A DNA stretch of 64,000 nt from Sulfolobales archaeon HS-7 (GCA_019704295.1 AP024596.1:1248001-1312000); one strand, 5' to 3'. Positions 1-10,860 are shown, counted from the stretch's first letter. The notes: generated by a model not told the origin, from the sequence alone. Translations and numbers: made by a program.

Positions 1-700
1 GCGTAGGGTTTAATTTAATTTCTCCTCTTTATTATAATGGACCCTTTGATTTCCCCTGATCTTTTCTGATCTCATGACGATTGTCTGTTCTATTGAGAAT
101 ATTGGTAATGAAGCTTACCATGATCTCCATAACGGTAGGAAAGCAGTATTCGTTACTGCAGATGATAGGATAGATGGCAAATTGTACCAAATAGTAGCAG
201 ATCTAATAAAATTAAAGAAACAGTTTTTAGATATTAAGAAAATAATATGGAAAAACTGAAGAGTTATATTAGAATTAGTAGAAGGAGCGGTGTTTTAGTA
301 CAGCGTCTTCTCTATTACTATTCTGACAACCTTTATGAGGATATAGTAGTCTTTAAGAAACCGGTGAGTTCGCAACCGAAAAAAGGAGGAGAGCAAGGTA
401 AACATAACCAAATTTCAGAGGGAAGTGTGGTACTTAAGCGTGGGAAATAAGTAACGTTTTGCCTAACGATGAATACTTTAAGTTTACTGCTCCTTTTCTT
501 AAGGAGTTAGCAGAAAGAGTGATAACACTGTATCCCTTGTAGGAGATACTGTGCTAGACCCAATTGTGGGTAAGGGCACTACGCTAAAAGTAGCTGACAG
601 GCTAAGGAGAAACGTTGGTGGATACGAGATAGATCTAGAGCCTAGGAAAGTGATTTATAAAGATTAGGAAAGAACACTCTATCGGAACGCCTGAAGTTAA
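1..700 (+). pseudogene. Fragmented N4/N6 DNA methyltransferase (beta-class-like) pseudogene
   Basis: Reading across stops and frameshifts at ~488-660 gives APFLKELAERVITLY..GDTVLDPIVGKGTTLKVADRLRRNVGGYEID, a decayed DPFxGxGTT SAM-binding motif. ORFs 74-259 and 247-450 are probably upstream fragments. Confidence 0.75.
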
Positions 701-817
701 AGTAATAGAGAGGAGTGATATAAAGGGGCTGAGGACTAAGTTAAGGGAGAAAATAGAGTAAAAACTACAAAATAGGTAACGAGATGTATCATCTATGTGG
801 TAAAATAGGAGGAGTTA

Positions 818-956
818 TAGATGGTTAGATCTTAGAGTCATGGGGAAATCTTCCACAGGGCATAACACGTTTAACGTTGTGGAACACTAGGAGTTATAGT
901 TTGGGAGGCTTATTACGTAGAAACCAATTACCTTGGTTTTTATGATCGACAAAGTA
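818..956. mobile_element. Degenerate MITE with IS630-type ends
   Basis: Similar along its length to 10715-10860; ends in ...GACAAAGTA followed by TA. Confidence 0.55.
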
Positions 957-1022
957 TAATACTTGCCCCCAACAAACTAAGGTTAAGAAAAAGAGATATT
1001 ATCACCTAAGTTAATTTCGCTT

Positions 1023-1739
1023 ATGCAGTTAAAGGAGAAGTTTAGCAAGGATCCCGTGAAATACGCGTTTGAAATTTATGATATGGAGAACGAAAGTAAA
1101 TACACCGAGTTCATCATTCATAGGGAGGGATACTTAATGTTCTATAGGAGATTTAAACATCCAAATGTAATTCTTGAGGCCGACGAGGAAGAGACATTAA
1201 CTTACTTAATTTCCAAAATAAGCGAAAGTAAATATATCCTTTTTACGGATCCGAAGTGGCTAGGTGTAGTCAGAGAGAAAATACCGAATGCTAAAATTTA
1301 TGGGGAGATATTAATGATATGCGAGAATCCCAAAGCATTCCCAGATAAAAGGGTTAGAAGACTATCTTCTGACGACCTTGAACTCACCCCATACTCAGGT
1401 AAGAGATTGGAATTTCTAAGTGAGGCCCTATCTGCAGGAAAGACGACTGTTTATGGCGCTTTTGTGGATGAAAGGTTCGTTTCCGTAGCGTATACCTGGA
1501 TAGAAACTGAAAGTGTTGCTTATATCGGTGGGGTTCTCACTGAGGAGAGGTACAGAAATAGGGGTCTTGCAAAGGCAGTGGTTTCAGCAATTGCTAACGA
1601 TATCGTAAAGAGGGGGAAGATTGCCTCTCTCTACGTGAGGGATGATAACATCCCCGCAATAAAGGCCTATGAGGCAGTGGGCTTTAAAGCCCGTGGACGT
1701 AGGCTTTGGGTAGATGTAAATACGGGAGAGTCGCCATAG
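1023..1739 (+). CDS. GNAT family N-acetyltransferase
   Basis: C-terminal GGVLTEERYRNRGLAKAV acetyl-CoA motif A and NIPAIKAYEAVGF motif B. Confidence 0.9.
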   Translation: MQLKEKFSKDPVKYAFEIYDMENESKYTEFIIHREGYLMFYRRFKHPNVILEADEEETLTYLISKISESKYILFTDPKWLGVVREKIPNAKIYGEILMICENPKAFPDKRVRRLSSDDLELTPYSGKRLEFLSEALSAGKTTVYGAFVDERFVSVAYTWIETESVAYIGGVLTEERYRNRGLAKAVVSAIANDIVKRGKIASLYVRDDNIPAIKAYEAVGFKARGRRLWVDVNTGESP

Positions 1740-2436
1740 TGTTTAACGTTCAGGGGGGTAGCTGTTATCGTAATGGGCAGTATTTTTCTCAGATTGAAAA
1801 GGTTCTGATACATTCTGCTTGAGAAATCATGGATTCTAAATTGTAACAAGATTGTTTAGGCAGGTGATAACACTATCTTTGTAAAATTTTGGAAAGAATA
1901 ACTTTTATGGAGTAGGGGCTTTCAATAGTAAGCTCGTTTTAATTTCATTAAAAGACTAAGGGATGTACTGTTATACTTTCTTGGATTCTAAAGTTCAATG
2001 TACAACTTTACCCACCTTAGTATTATACATGTTGAACAAACGATGCTAGAGGGTCTGTATTTACCTTTAAAGAGTAAGGATTATCGTAGGTAATGGCAAA
2101 ATTCAGAGTGTAATTAGTGCCGAAAATGTAGCAAGACGTAAAGTTAATGAGGCCTATTTTACTTCTGAAAGAAAAGGGGATAAAGAACTAATCGTTGAAA
2201 GCCTAGCAATAAGCTTTTCCTGTTAAAATATTGTAAATATTAAGTAATTATTTTTATCTAAGAAAATAATATGGATATAAGTTAAATTAAAATTGATCAA
2301 CGAAATAAGTTATATGTTTCTTAGTACAAAGAGTGAGTTTGATCTAGAAAGGTGGATTAAGTCATTAAAAATTCTTCAGGTATACTATAGTACTAAAAGT
2401 TTAAAAACGAGAGGGCAGAATATATTATGAAAAGAC

Positions 2437-3162
2437 ATGGAAAAGGTTTTAGGACCCCAAACAGAAGAGGGATTAAAGTATCTCTTTTCAGCAAATGCGG
2501 AAGACTACATGAGGTTATTATTAATATCCAAATACTTAGATGCAATGGGTATGAAAAAGGAGGCTGAGGCCTTTAGGGAGAAAGCAAACGTAGAGCTTGG
2601 TCACGCGAGTGCTATATTAAACACGTTAATAAAGCATTACGGGCTTACGGCAATGGTTCAAGACATGGCTAAAGAGGAGAGCGAGCAGCACGTTTCCGAG
2701 TACAATAAGGTAGCTATGGCCGCCAAAGCCGAGGGAAATACCGAAGTTGAGTCCATGCTCTGCTCCTTCTCCGAACAGGAAAAGGATATAGCTGAGACGA
2801 TAAAAATGGGAGTAAAGAAGCTTGTCGAAGACATGGCTAAAGAGGAGAGCGAGCAGCACGTTTCCGAGTACAATAAGGTAGCTATGGCCGCCAAAGCCGA
2901 GGGAAATACCGAAGTTGAGTCCATGCTCTGCTCCTTCTCCGAACAGGAAAAGGATATAGCTGAGACGATAAAAATGGGAGTAAAGAAGCTTGTCGAAGAC
3001 ATGGCTAAAGAGGAGAGCGAGCAGCACGTTTCCGAGTACAATAAGGTAGCTATGGCCGCCAAAGCCGAGGGAAATACCGAAGTTGAGTCCATGCTCTGCT
3101 CCTTCTCCGAACAGGAAAAGGATATAGCTGAGACGATAAAAAGGATTAATGTATCATCGTAA
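2437..3162 (+). CDS. Rubrerythrin/sulerythrin-like ferritin-fold protein with triplicated C-terminal helix pair
   Basis: N-terminal G-x-x-T-x-x-x-L start, ELGH (ExxH), then EY..VA..A..EG..EV pattern typical of rubrerythrins; the last 56 aa occur about three times. Confidence 0.75.
   Translation: MEKVLGPQTEEGLKYLFSANAEDYMRLLLISKYLDAMGMKKEAEAFREKANVELGHASAILNTLIKHYGLTAMVQDMAKEESEQHVSEYNKVAMAAKAEGNTEVESMLCSFSEQEKDIAETIKMGVKKLVEDMAKEESEQHVSEYNKVAMAAKAEGNTEVESMLCSFSEQEKDIAETIKMGVKKLVEDMAKEESEQHVSEYNKVAMAAKAEGNTEVESMLCSFSEQEKDIAETIKRINVSS
2662..3142 (+). repeat. Perfect in-frame tandem repeat, 168-bp unit, ~2.9 copies
   Basis: gacatggctaaagaggag starts at 2662, 2830 and 2998; units appear identical. 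Confidence 0.95.
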
Positions 3163-3464
3163 TCTTTTTTACTTTTTTAACGTTATTTTTTATAACATAA
3201 AGGATATATTCGGGATTAATCATAATCACATTAGTTATTAGATATATCAGAATACCACAGGTACTAAAGGACATAAGGGAAAACATGTTGATCTTTAGAG
3301 TCAAAAAGAGTAAGTCAAACACCTGGCGTTTATGTACATTAGTCTATATTTAGGGCTCCTTTCCAATGTACACTAAAATTTTACGAAGTTGTATCGTTTT
3401 GGGCGGAACGTTTTATACGTTTGTTATAGCAAAGCTTAATATTTATAATGTATTATTATAATCT

Positions 3465-3740
3465 ATGACAAAGGTCATGGTTATACATGAATGGGATGAT
3501 ACGCAGAAAGAGAAAGTAATAAATTTCTTTGATCAATTGGTCTCAATGGCCAAATCGAAAAAGCTTCCCAACGGGTTTAAACTTGAAAGAGTCGATATGG
3601 ATGAGAAAAACAATGCTGCTGTATGCCAGTGGGAAGTTCCCAGTGTTCAAGAGCTCATGAACGTTGCAGGTCAGATGAATATAACGTGGAAAGTTAAGAT
3701 GATTTCTCCTTCTCCTAAATATGAACATAAACTAATTTGA
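3465..3740 (+). CDS. Small hypothetical protein, possibly dimeric alpha/beta-barrel (DUF3303/DUF4242-like)
   Basis: TATA-like tttataat upstream and T-rich tract downstream; pattern V-I-H-x-W ... C-x-W-E-x-P-S. Confidence 0.6.
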   Translation: MTKVMVIHEWDDTQKEKVINFFDQLVSMAKSKKLPNGFKLERVDMDEKNNAAVCQWEVPSVQELMNVAGQMNITWKVKMISPSPKYEHKLI

Positions 3741-3987
3741 ATTTTTTATAAAATATACTCTTTTTGTTTGTTTATATTACAACTTAACTTATATTCTATT
3801 TCGTATACAATATTTGCAAAAAGAGGTTTATGATTATTTTAGCGACTTACGCGTGGCTGGCATTGCAACATTTACGGATGTTTTCCCTAAAAAGTCTCAT
3901 GTTAATGGGATATTGTATTACTTATCAATCAATAAAATTTTTCAAAAACGCGTTAGGACACGCTAAGTTAATATCTAGAGGGGCGAT

Positions 3988-4124
3988 TTAGGGCTCTTTT
4001 GCGGACTAAAAGAGGGTATAATAAAGTAAACTGCAGAGTGTAAATCCCTACCTTGTATATGCGCTAATATTCAATTAAATTCATCATATTTCTTAAATAG
4101 ACTGAATTCTCAAAGGTACGTGAA
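3988..4124 (+). repeat. ~150-bp MITE-like dispersed repeat (family B), copy 1
   Basis: Shares core gtgtaaatccctacc...attcaattaaattca...taaatagactgaattc with the other copies. Confidence 0.6.
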
Positions 4125-4232
4125 CCAGCCGTAAGGAAGTCAGGTATACTCTCTTACAATATACCTTACAAGCCTAAATGTTCCTCCCCAACCCCCCGTG
4201 GATTCACAGGTTTATATGTCTCTCTCAGTTAC

Positions 4233-5231
4233 GAGTCTGGGACAAATTATTCTAATGGGTTCCAGATTTAAATATGATTTCAGGATTTTTAATCTAACGC
4301 TTTAGACCACAGGAGGTCGTGAATCGCGACCCTCGCTAGGACCTTCAAGTGGATCCTCTCTTCCTTGACCTTGTTTGTGATTCACCCTGTCCTCCTTAGA
4401 GGAGATCAGGGACTCTGCTTTCTCACGCTTGAAGTACTCCTCCAAGTACTCCAGCGGGTTCCTCATGAACCTCAATATCATCTCCACCTTTTCCCTCCTT
4501 TGATCGTGGCGTTAGACTTTGGTATCAAGTAGACCTCGGAATCAGGGAAGTCATCAGGTGTAGACCAGTACTTGTCAGTCCTCAAGGAGTCCACTTGCAC
4601 GCCAAGATCCCTCAGGACCTCGAGGGCTATCTCATAAGCCTCTCACTCTTAACCGAGTAACCGTAAGCGACGATCAAGTTACTGCCTAGGTAATGAAGAG
4701 TACACGAAGTCCTTCCCTTCCTTCACCTCTTCCCCGGACTTCTCCCCTTCATCCAGTTATGCTCACTAGGGAATAGCCTGTCCCGTCTATGACCGCGTCC
4801 ACCTTGAGGCCACTAATGCTCTTTTAGAGCATGTTGTAAAGGACAACGCAGACGTCGGATAAGTCTCTCTATCATGTTGTAGCTTATCTCCTCCTTCGTT
4901 AGTAGTGACGCCAGTTCTGCGCCTCCCCGTTGGCCTAGGTATTCCTTGATTATCAGTAAGTCTTGTGGGGTTAACTCTCTCCTCTCTTGTTTTCCCATGT
5001 CTTCACGAACTTCCCTTCATATATGTTCCGCCTTAACTCCTGACCGAACCTTAATCTAGCTTACCTCTCCTCTTCGCTTTCCTCAGCCTCCGCCTTACCC
5101 ACCCTACTCTCCTTGTATAGTGATCAAGTCCTCTATTGACTCCTTGAAGTCCTCGAAGTCCTTCTGAGTTAACTTCTTATTCACATGTTCGTAATACAAA
5201 ATAAGCGGTATCTGAAGTTTTTGTCCCAGAG
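4233..5231 (-). mobile_element. Decayed ~1-kb IS5/IS4-superfamily insertion sequence
   Basis: Terminal inverted repeats with TCTGGGACAAA; broken transposase with VIDGTG and YFKREKAES motifs; homologous to 27462-28418. Confidence 0.8.
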
Positions 5232-5439
5232 TAGCATAAAGCTAATATCCCCTCTAAATTGATTGGGAAAACAATTTTTCTCAGTGAAGCAGAGGGTTTA
5301 TTGAAGATCCCTCTCTTTTAGTTCTTGGTCTTTCAATAAGTAGAGAGTTTTATTATAAATCGGAAATCAGCTCAAGATATCAACGGATGCACCTATTCTT
5401 AATAGTTAAAATTTTAACGTGGAAGTAGAATATTTCCAT

Positions 5440-5898
5440 ATGGCAATTAAAGAAGCTAAGGAATTAGTGACTCTAATTCTAGGCTTGGCAGGAGGTCATA
5501 TCGCTACAGATACTAGATTTCAGAAGATAGCATTCTTGGTTAATGAGAAAGTCCTTAAGAAAGATGTTAAGTTTGAACCTATGGACTTCGGTCCTTACTC
5601 TAAGGAACTGGTTAAGGCCGTTAATAAGCTTAAAAAAGAAGGTAAGGTTATTTATGTACTTGACAGCGATAGTGTTTCTCATTATTCTCTGACAAGGGAA
5701 GGGGAGGAGGAATTTAAGCGTTTAGAGAATAAAATAAGTCCAGATACGTTAAATGAAATTAAGGAAATAATAGGAAAATTTAAGGATGTGCCTCTAACCT
5801 ATCTTTTAGCATACGTGTATACTAATTATCCAGACTACACTGTAAAAAGTAAAATTATTGATAAGGTTGAAGAGTGGAGGAACTATTACGGGATTTAG
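5440..5898 (+). CDS. YwgA/DUF4065 (Panacea/SocA-like) winged-helix protein
   Basis: TRFQKIAFL and F-x-P-x-x-FGPYSKEL motifs; ATG at 5440 preferred over the GTG at 5419. Confidence 0.7.
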   Translation: MAIKEAKELVTLILGLAGGHIATDTRFQKIAFLVNEKVLKKDVKFEPMDFGPYSKELVKAVNKLKKEGKVIYVLDSDSVSHYSLTREGEEEFKRLENKISPDTLNEIKEIIGKFKDVPLTYLLAYVYTNYPDYTVKSKIIDKVEEWRNYYGI

Positions 5899-6712
5899 GG
5901 CAACTTTTAGCCTTAGAAACTAATTCGTAGGGTAGATTAATTATAGTACCTTCATTCTGCTTTATCACAATTCCATACGATATGCTCTCTAGGTTACCAC
6001 AATATTCATTACCGGAATTGTCTATTATGCAGACGCAATATGCAGGGTCTTTTACTAAATCGAAAAGCTTCATCTCTATTTCCGTATCAGTATCAAGAAT
6101 ACCTAAATTAGGTCTTCTAGTAATATAAAATACATAAACACATATCGTTATGATAAACGAGATAATTATCGAAAATAAAATTAAGAGGCCTACTTGATCA
6201 AAATCCTTATCTATTACCATAAAAATTGCTGTAAGCACGAAAGTTATTGCCAATATGATTAAAAAGTATCTAATTACTAAAACGAAAATGCCTCCAAACA
6301 CTTTATTCCATTTTATGCGTAGGCTATCTACATCCGGAATATTATATTGAGACTCTTCCACGAGGTTATTGATAATTTTTTTCCTTTTACCTATAAATCC
6401 TATAACAACAAAGAAAAGAATTAAAAATATAATATAAGAAACTGTAGATAATATAATATTATTTGTAGTTTCTAAATGGTCAGATACAGGTGCAAGTGTA
6501 GCAAAAAATAACGATGCTAGTAACAATATGTAAGTTACTACACCAACATATTTTAAATTTATGAAATAGTATAATGGCCTATAGACATAGCCTATTAATT
6601 TTAAGATATTGTTCCTTTTGCTTATCTGTTGGATCCAATTAGTTATTATATAAACTAGTATAGATGCTGAAAACGTACCTAGAACTGCCGTAATCCCATT
6701 CAACAGTAACAT
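5855..6712 (-). CDS. Multi-pass membrane protein with small C-terminal beta domain
   Basis: About five hydrophobic segments followed by soluble VCIIDNSGNEYCGNLESI...; very AT-rich. Confidence 0.7.
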   Translation of the reverse strand: MLLLNGITAVLGTFSASILVYIITNWIQQISKRNNILKLIGYVYRPLYYFINLKYVGVVTYILLLASLFFATLAPVSDHLETTNNIILSTVSYIIFLILFFVVIGFIGKRKKIINNLVEESQYNIPDVDSLRIKWNKVFGGIFVLVIRYFLIILAITFVLTAIFMVIDKDFDQVGLLILFSIIISFIITICVYVFYITRRPNLGILDTDTEIEMKLFDLVKDPAYCVCIIDNSGNEYCGNLESISYGIVIKQNEGTIINLPYELVSKAKSCPKSRNSSSTLQPYQ

Positions 6713-6813
6713 TAAAAGAAAATTTGAGATCTCACGATAATAACTATAACTTTCATCCTATTTTAGTTCACAAGTTAGAAGTTTTTCTCAGTTATCTGGA
6801 GGAGTTCGGGTGA

Positions 6814-6964
6814 TTTAGAGTTCCTTTGCGAATTGTAATTCATAAGAAAGATAGATGAAATACAGAAAATTGTTGAGCGTATATCCCCTATTAGTAATTC
6901 CTGTTGTATTGAATTGAATTTGTTACAATTCTTAAAATAAACTGAATTCGCAAAAAGATGTGAA
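6814..6964 (+). repeat. MITE-like repeat family B, copy 2
   Basis: gttcctttgcgaattgtaatt ... aaactgaattcgcaaaaag, forming imperfect terminal inverted repeats. Confidence 0.65.
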
Positions 6965-7256
6965 TTACCCTATTCCCACTGAAGTTGTTGATTTATATCG
7001 AGGGAGGAACACCATCTCGAATTTTGACTAAGCATTATTTAGATTTACTGAGATTCGAGAAATAGGTATTATCCATATTTACACAGAACACTTAATGAAT
7101 TTTTCTCATGTTATAAATGACGACTGATGCTTATCTACTCTGCCAGTGTAATTCATCAAAATTCAATGAGAGGAGTTACGAAATCCTTTTTATGCATAAT
7201 GATAATCATATTTTTGGATTGAGGAAAAAAATTAGAATGGGGATGATTACGGGCGA

Positions 7257-7407
7257 TTCAGGTTTCCATTGTGAATTGAAATTATAGCAAAGATATATTA
7301 AATATGAAAAATTGTTAAGTGTGAATCCCTACCTAGTCCGTACCATGGTATTCAATTAAATTCAGTAGATTTTGCTAAATAAACTAAATTTGCAATAAAA
7401 GTGTGAA
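7257..7407 (+). repeat. MITE-like repeat family B, copy 3
   Basis: ttcaggtttccattgtgaatt ... aaactaaatttgcaataaaag. Confidence 0.7.
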
Positions 7408-7950
7408 AGGCTCCGACTTCTTGGTTATTGAGAATAAAGAGGATTTTAGGAAGTTCAAGGAGGACTTCCTAGACTAGCAAGGGAAAAAGCTAAGCTCTAT
7501 AAGCCCTTTTATGAGAGCTAACCTCTCAAATAAACACTGTAAAGTTTTTTGAATCAGCACTGTAAAGTATCATTATATTCCCTATAACATCTACCGAGAA
7601 CATGGCATTTCTATCCTTATCCCTTCCTAACTTCTCTCTGGAGTATTTGAAGGGTTTTTTCCTGTAATAATTCTAGTTTCTCTAAAACGAGCACTACCAG
7701 CTTATCATTATACGTATCCATAGCATACTCCAAAAACTATCTAAGGTTCTTTATCTCCCTTAGGCGTGGTCTCTGCGAACCATCTTGAGTTTGGATGGAA
7801 AGCCCAGGAAGGAATTCATGAAACACCTCCAGTATTTCAAAAATTTTCCCCTTGTTCCTCTAGTTTTCCGTTTTCTTTACGATTACTATGAGTTCATAAG
7901 CTTTAGGGCATTTACGTAAGGTTTATTTCTTATCTACCCTATCTTCTCCC

Positions 7951-8646
7951 ATGCACGTGAAGGTCGGCATTTGCGGATATAGGAAAGGACTTGACGTAGA
8001 CGTTATAGAAACGCAACAGACGTTTTACGATATAGTTACGGAATCTACAGCGTCTAGGTGGAGAGAGGGATATTCGGGAGAATTTACAGTAAAGGCTTTG
8101 CAGGTAATAACACACGAAAAGAGTAGTCCGACGTATAAAAGGATGAAGAAGTTCTTTGGTAATCCCGAGAACTACGGCGGGTTCAGGATAAATCGGGATA
8201 CGGAAAGGGGACTGGAATACACGTTAAGTGCTGCGAAGGTCCTCAATGCCACAATAATAGTGTTTCAGACCCCACCCTCCTTTCTCCCCACAGAGACACA
8301 CGTGAAATCCGTTATTGATTTCTCCTCAATTTTGGATAAGCGCTTTCTCTACGCATGGGAGGTAAGAGGTTCCTGGGACGATCAAACCATAAGGAAAGTT
8401 CTCTCCTCGACGGGCTTCATTCACGCCGTAGATCCATTTAAAAGGACCTCCCTTTCGGAGTTTAAGTACTACAGGTTGCACGGGATAGGTAAGGAGATTA
8501 ACTACAGGTATAGGTATACTGAGGAGGATTTTAGGGCACTGGTCAACGCCCTAGGGGATAAGGAAAATTACGTTTTGTTTAACAACGTTCATATGATAAG
8601 GAATTCGCTCGAGTTTAAGAATTACCTCTCGGGTGACGCTAAATGA
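7951..8646 (+). CDS. DUF72 (YecE/YunF) family protein
   Basis: VGICG start, E.QQTFY, FTVKA.Q.ITH, FQTPPSF, WEVRG, YYRLHG and VLFNN motifs. Confidence 0.9.
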   Translation: MHVKVGICGYRKGLDVDVIETQQTFYDIVTESTASRWREGYSGEFTVKALQVITHEKSSPTYKRMKKFFGNPENYGGFRINRDTERGLEYTLSAAKVLNATIIVFQTPPSFLPTETHVKSVIDFSSILDKRFLYAWEVRGSWDDQTIRKVLSSTGFIHAVDPFKRTSLSEFKYYRLHGIGKEINYRYRYTEEDFRALVNALGDKENYVLFNNVHMIRNSLEFKNYLSGDAK

Positions 8647-9575
8647 AGAATGAAATTTTCCCATGGGGAGTTAACGTACCATACCTAATTATTGCAGGAA
8701 TTTACTTTTTAGCAGGAGGGCTCTCTCTCTTTACTGGACAGAGTCACGGACTTTTAATGTTGTTGGGCGCGTACTCTCTTTACAGCGGTATGATACAGAG
8801 GCTTTTCTTCCCTGCTAGGAAGTACATCGTTCCTCAGTTAATCAATATGATACTCGTGTGTATTCCTATTCCCTTGGCTCAGGTTCTAGCCTACATTGCC
8901 CTTACAATTACCGCAGTATGGTCAGTACTGGACGTATCTAAGTACGGGGCGAAATATCCAATAAACCTCCTTGTTTTGTCCTCACCTATTCTCTCCGTGA
9001 TCTTCTGGACTCTTTTCTCAGCCTTTGGGAACTACTGGTTATTGATAATTCCGTTAATGTCTTACCTGTTTGGAGTGAACGTAGGGGTATTTACGGCTAC
9101 ATTAGGAGTCAAACCGAAGTATGGTTTACTTCAACTACCCATTCTGGCGGCAGTTTTCTCGATACTCCTCATACATTACGTAATAGTTCCGGTAGGGATT
9201 TACTTCGCATGGCTTTTCTTTAACGGGGTAAAGAGGTTTAACTTAAGCGCTGCAGTAACTGTTTTTACGGGAGGTTTCACCTCACTTTTATCCGTGTTTA
9301 CAGGAATGGAGATTCACGCATTCGCCTTAGGAGTAATGCTCCCCTTTTTCTACTCATGTATTACCTATTCCCTCTCCAGGTACAATTACGATTACGAATA
9401 CGTTATTCCTCTACTTCTGATGATATCCTATTTCATACGAATGTTCCTACTGATACCGTCAGGCATTGCAACTGCAGTTGGCATTATTCTATTTTATTAT
9501 CTAAATATAGACAATTTTAGTTTATTTACATTAAGAAACGGTCTCTCTAAGAAGTTCCTTTCAGGTAACGCTTAA
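8643..9575 (+). CDS. Polytopic membrane protein (possibly NnrS-like)
   Basis: About ten hydrophobic segments with HG..ML.G and IHAFALG histidines; 4-nt overlap with the DUF72 gene. Confidence 0.6.
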   Translation: MKNEIFPWGVNVPYLIIAGIYFLAGGLSLFTGQSHGLLMLLGAYSLYSGMIQRLFFPARKYIVPQLINMILVCIPIPLAQVLAYIALTITAVWSVLDVSKYGAKYPINLLVLSSPILSVIFWTLFSAFGNYWLLIIPLMSYLFGVNVGVFTATLGVKPKYGLLQLPILAAVFSILLIHYVIVPVGIYFAWLFFNGVKRFNLSAAVTVFTGGFTSLLSVFTGMEIHAFALGVMLPFFYSCITYSLSRYNYDYEYVIPLLLMISYFIRMFLLIPSGIATAVGIILFYYLNIDNFSLFTLRNGLSKKFLSGNA

Positions 9576-9667
9576 CTACATTTACGAGGAGAATATAAAG
9601 GGTTATAACTGATCACTAATAATATTAAATAAAATTATTAACGCATAGTTGCCTGAAACCTTGTATA

Positions 9668-10081
9668 ATGAAGTATCAAGTTTTTCCTATGGAGGAATAC
9701 AGGAAGTGGATGAGTCAAGCCGAAGAGGATTTGAAGACCGCTGAAATCCTACATGAGAACGGTAGATATTACGCATCGGTATTCTTTTGTCATCAGAGTG
9801 TGGAGAAAGCGCTAAAGGCTCTACTCATCAAGGGAAGAAAGGATCCAGGTAAAACTCGTTCCCTTTCGGATTTACTTGAGATGATAGAGTTAGATTTGGG
9901 CATTCAGATTACCGACGATGTGAGGAAGGCCGCGAATCAGATTATACCGCACTACACGTTAAGTAGATATCCTGACGTATCCAACTCCCTCCCCGCTCAA
10001 ATTTATCATGTGGAGATCGGCGAACACGTCATGCGAAGTTGTAAAAAGGTGTTGGAATGGTTAAATCAAAGTCTGCAATAG
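9668..10081 (+). CDS. HEPN domain protein
   Basis: W...AEEDLKTA, FFCHQSVEKALKA and SRYP motifs; true start may be 9689. Confidence 0.9.
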   Translation: MKYQVFPMEEYRKWMSQAEEDLKTAEILHENGRYYASVFFCHQSVEKALKALLIKGRKDPGKTRSLSDLLEMIELDLGIQITDDVRKAANQIIPHYTLSRYPDVSNSLPAQIYHVEIGEHVMRSCKKVLEWLNQSLQ

Positions 10082-10401
10082 AAAGTCAGAAAAGGATGGA
10101 GGAATTCGTCCGGGAAATAATATGCCAGTTAAAGGGGAGACTCCCTGTTAGGGAAGTATACGTATTTGGCTCCAGGGCACGGGGGGACTACAAGGACACT
10201 AGCGATATTGATCTTATCTTCGTCATAGACGGGATGAGTAATGTCGGGGTGGTTAAAAGAATGAACATGGTGACCCCTTTCATAAGGGGAAAAGTGGACT
10301 TCGTGGTCCTATCACCGGAGGAGAAAGAGGGTCATAAGCTAATGAAGGAAGCCAAGAAAGTCTGGGGAAGAGAAGAGGGATTTGTAGGCTTACCGACTTA
10401 A
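10057..10401 (+). CDS. Minimal nucleotidyltransferase (MNT), partner of the HEPN protein
   Basis: FGSRARGD....SDIDL motif; overlaps the HEPN gene. Confidence 0.9.
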   Translation: MVKSKSAIESQKRMEEFVREIICQLKGRLPVREVYVFGSRARGDYKDTSDIDLIFVIDGMSNVGVVKRMNMVTPFIRGKVDFVVLSPEEKEGHKLMKEAKKVWGREEGFVGLPT

Positions 10402-10432
10402 TAGCGAACCAAAGCACTATTTAACTGGAACA

Positions 10433-10573
10433 GTCAGGTTTATCTGATGAATTCAGTTTATTTCAGTAATCATAGCAAATTCAATAATAAGAAACAGCTA
10501 CGTGAGGTAAAACTTACCAATTTACTGTATTTATGTGTCTTTATTATAATTTAGTTCGCAAAAGAACCCTGAA
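10433..10573 (-). repeat. MITE-like repeat family B, copy 4 (reverse orientation)
   Basis: gaattcagtttatt ... ttcgcaaaagaaccctgaa matches the reverse complement of the other copies. Confidence 0.55.
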
Positions 10574-10714
10574 ACGCTTAGATAGTTACAGAATATATTA
10601 ATATTAATTAAATATAAATTATTTAAATGGAAACTTCCGCAATTTTACTCTATGATGTAAAATAATTACTCCATCTAAAACTTTTACCATGACTCATTGC
10701 CTTATGTGAGATTA

Positions 10715-10860
10715 TACTTGATCAGACCTTGAAGTCTAATGGAAAATCCCTCATAGGACAGCTCATGACATGCCAAACTTTATTGAACAATAGGAATCAT
10801 GGTTTGAAAGGTTTATTATATATAAACAAATAACCTTGGTTCTTAAGGTCTGACAAAGTA
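10715..10860. mobile_element. 146-bp MITE with IS630 (ISC1048/SM1-type) ends and TA flanks
   Basis: TA|TACTTGATCAGACCTT ... AAGGTCTGACAAAGTA|TA; ends match the IS630 element at 58459-59486. Confidence 0.75.

Noticed and set aside
2626-3092. Minus-strand ORFs 2626-3027 and 2658-3092
   Set aside because: Antisense shadows of the repeated rubrerythrin-like gene. The same applies to the other short ORFs opposite long genes (e.g. 21890-22423, 40453-40743, 52838-53143).
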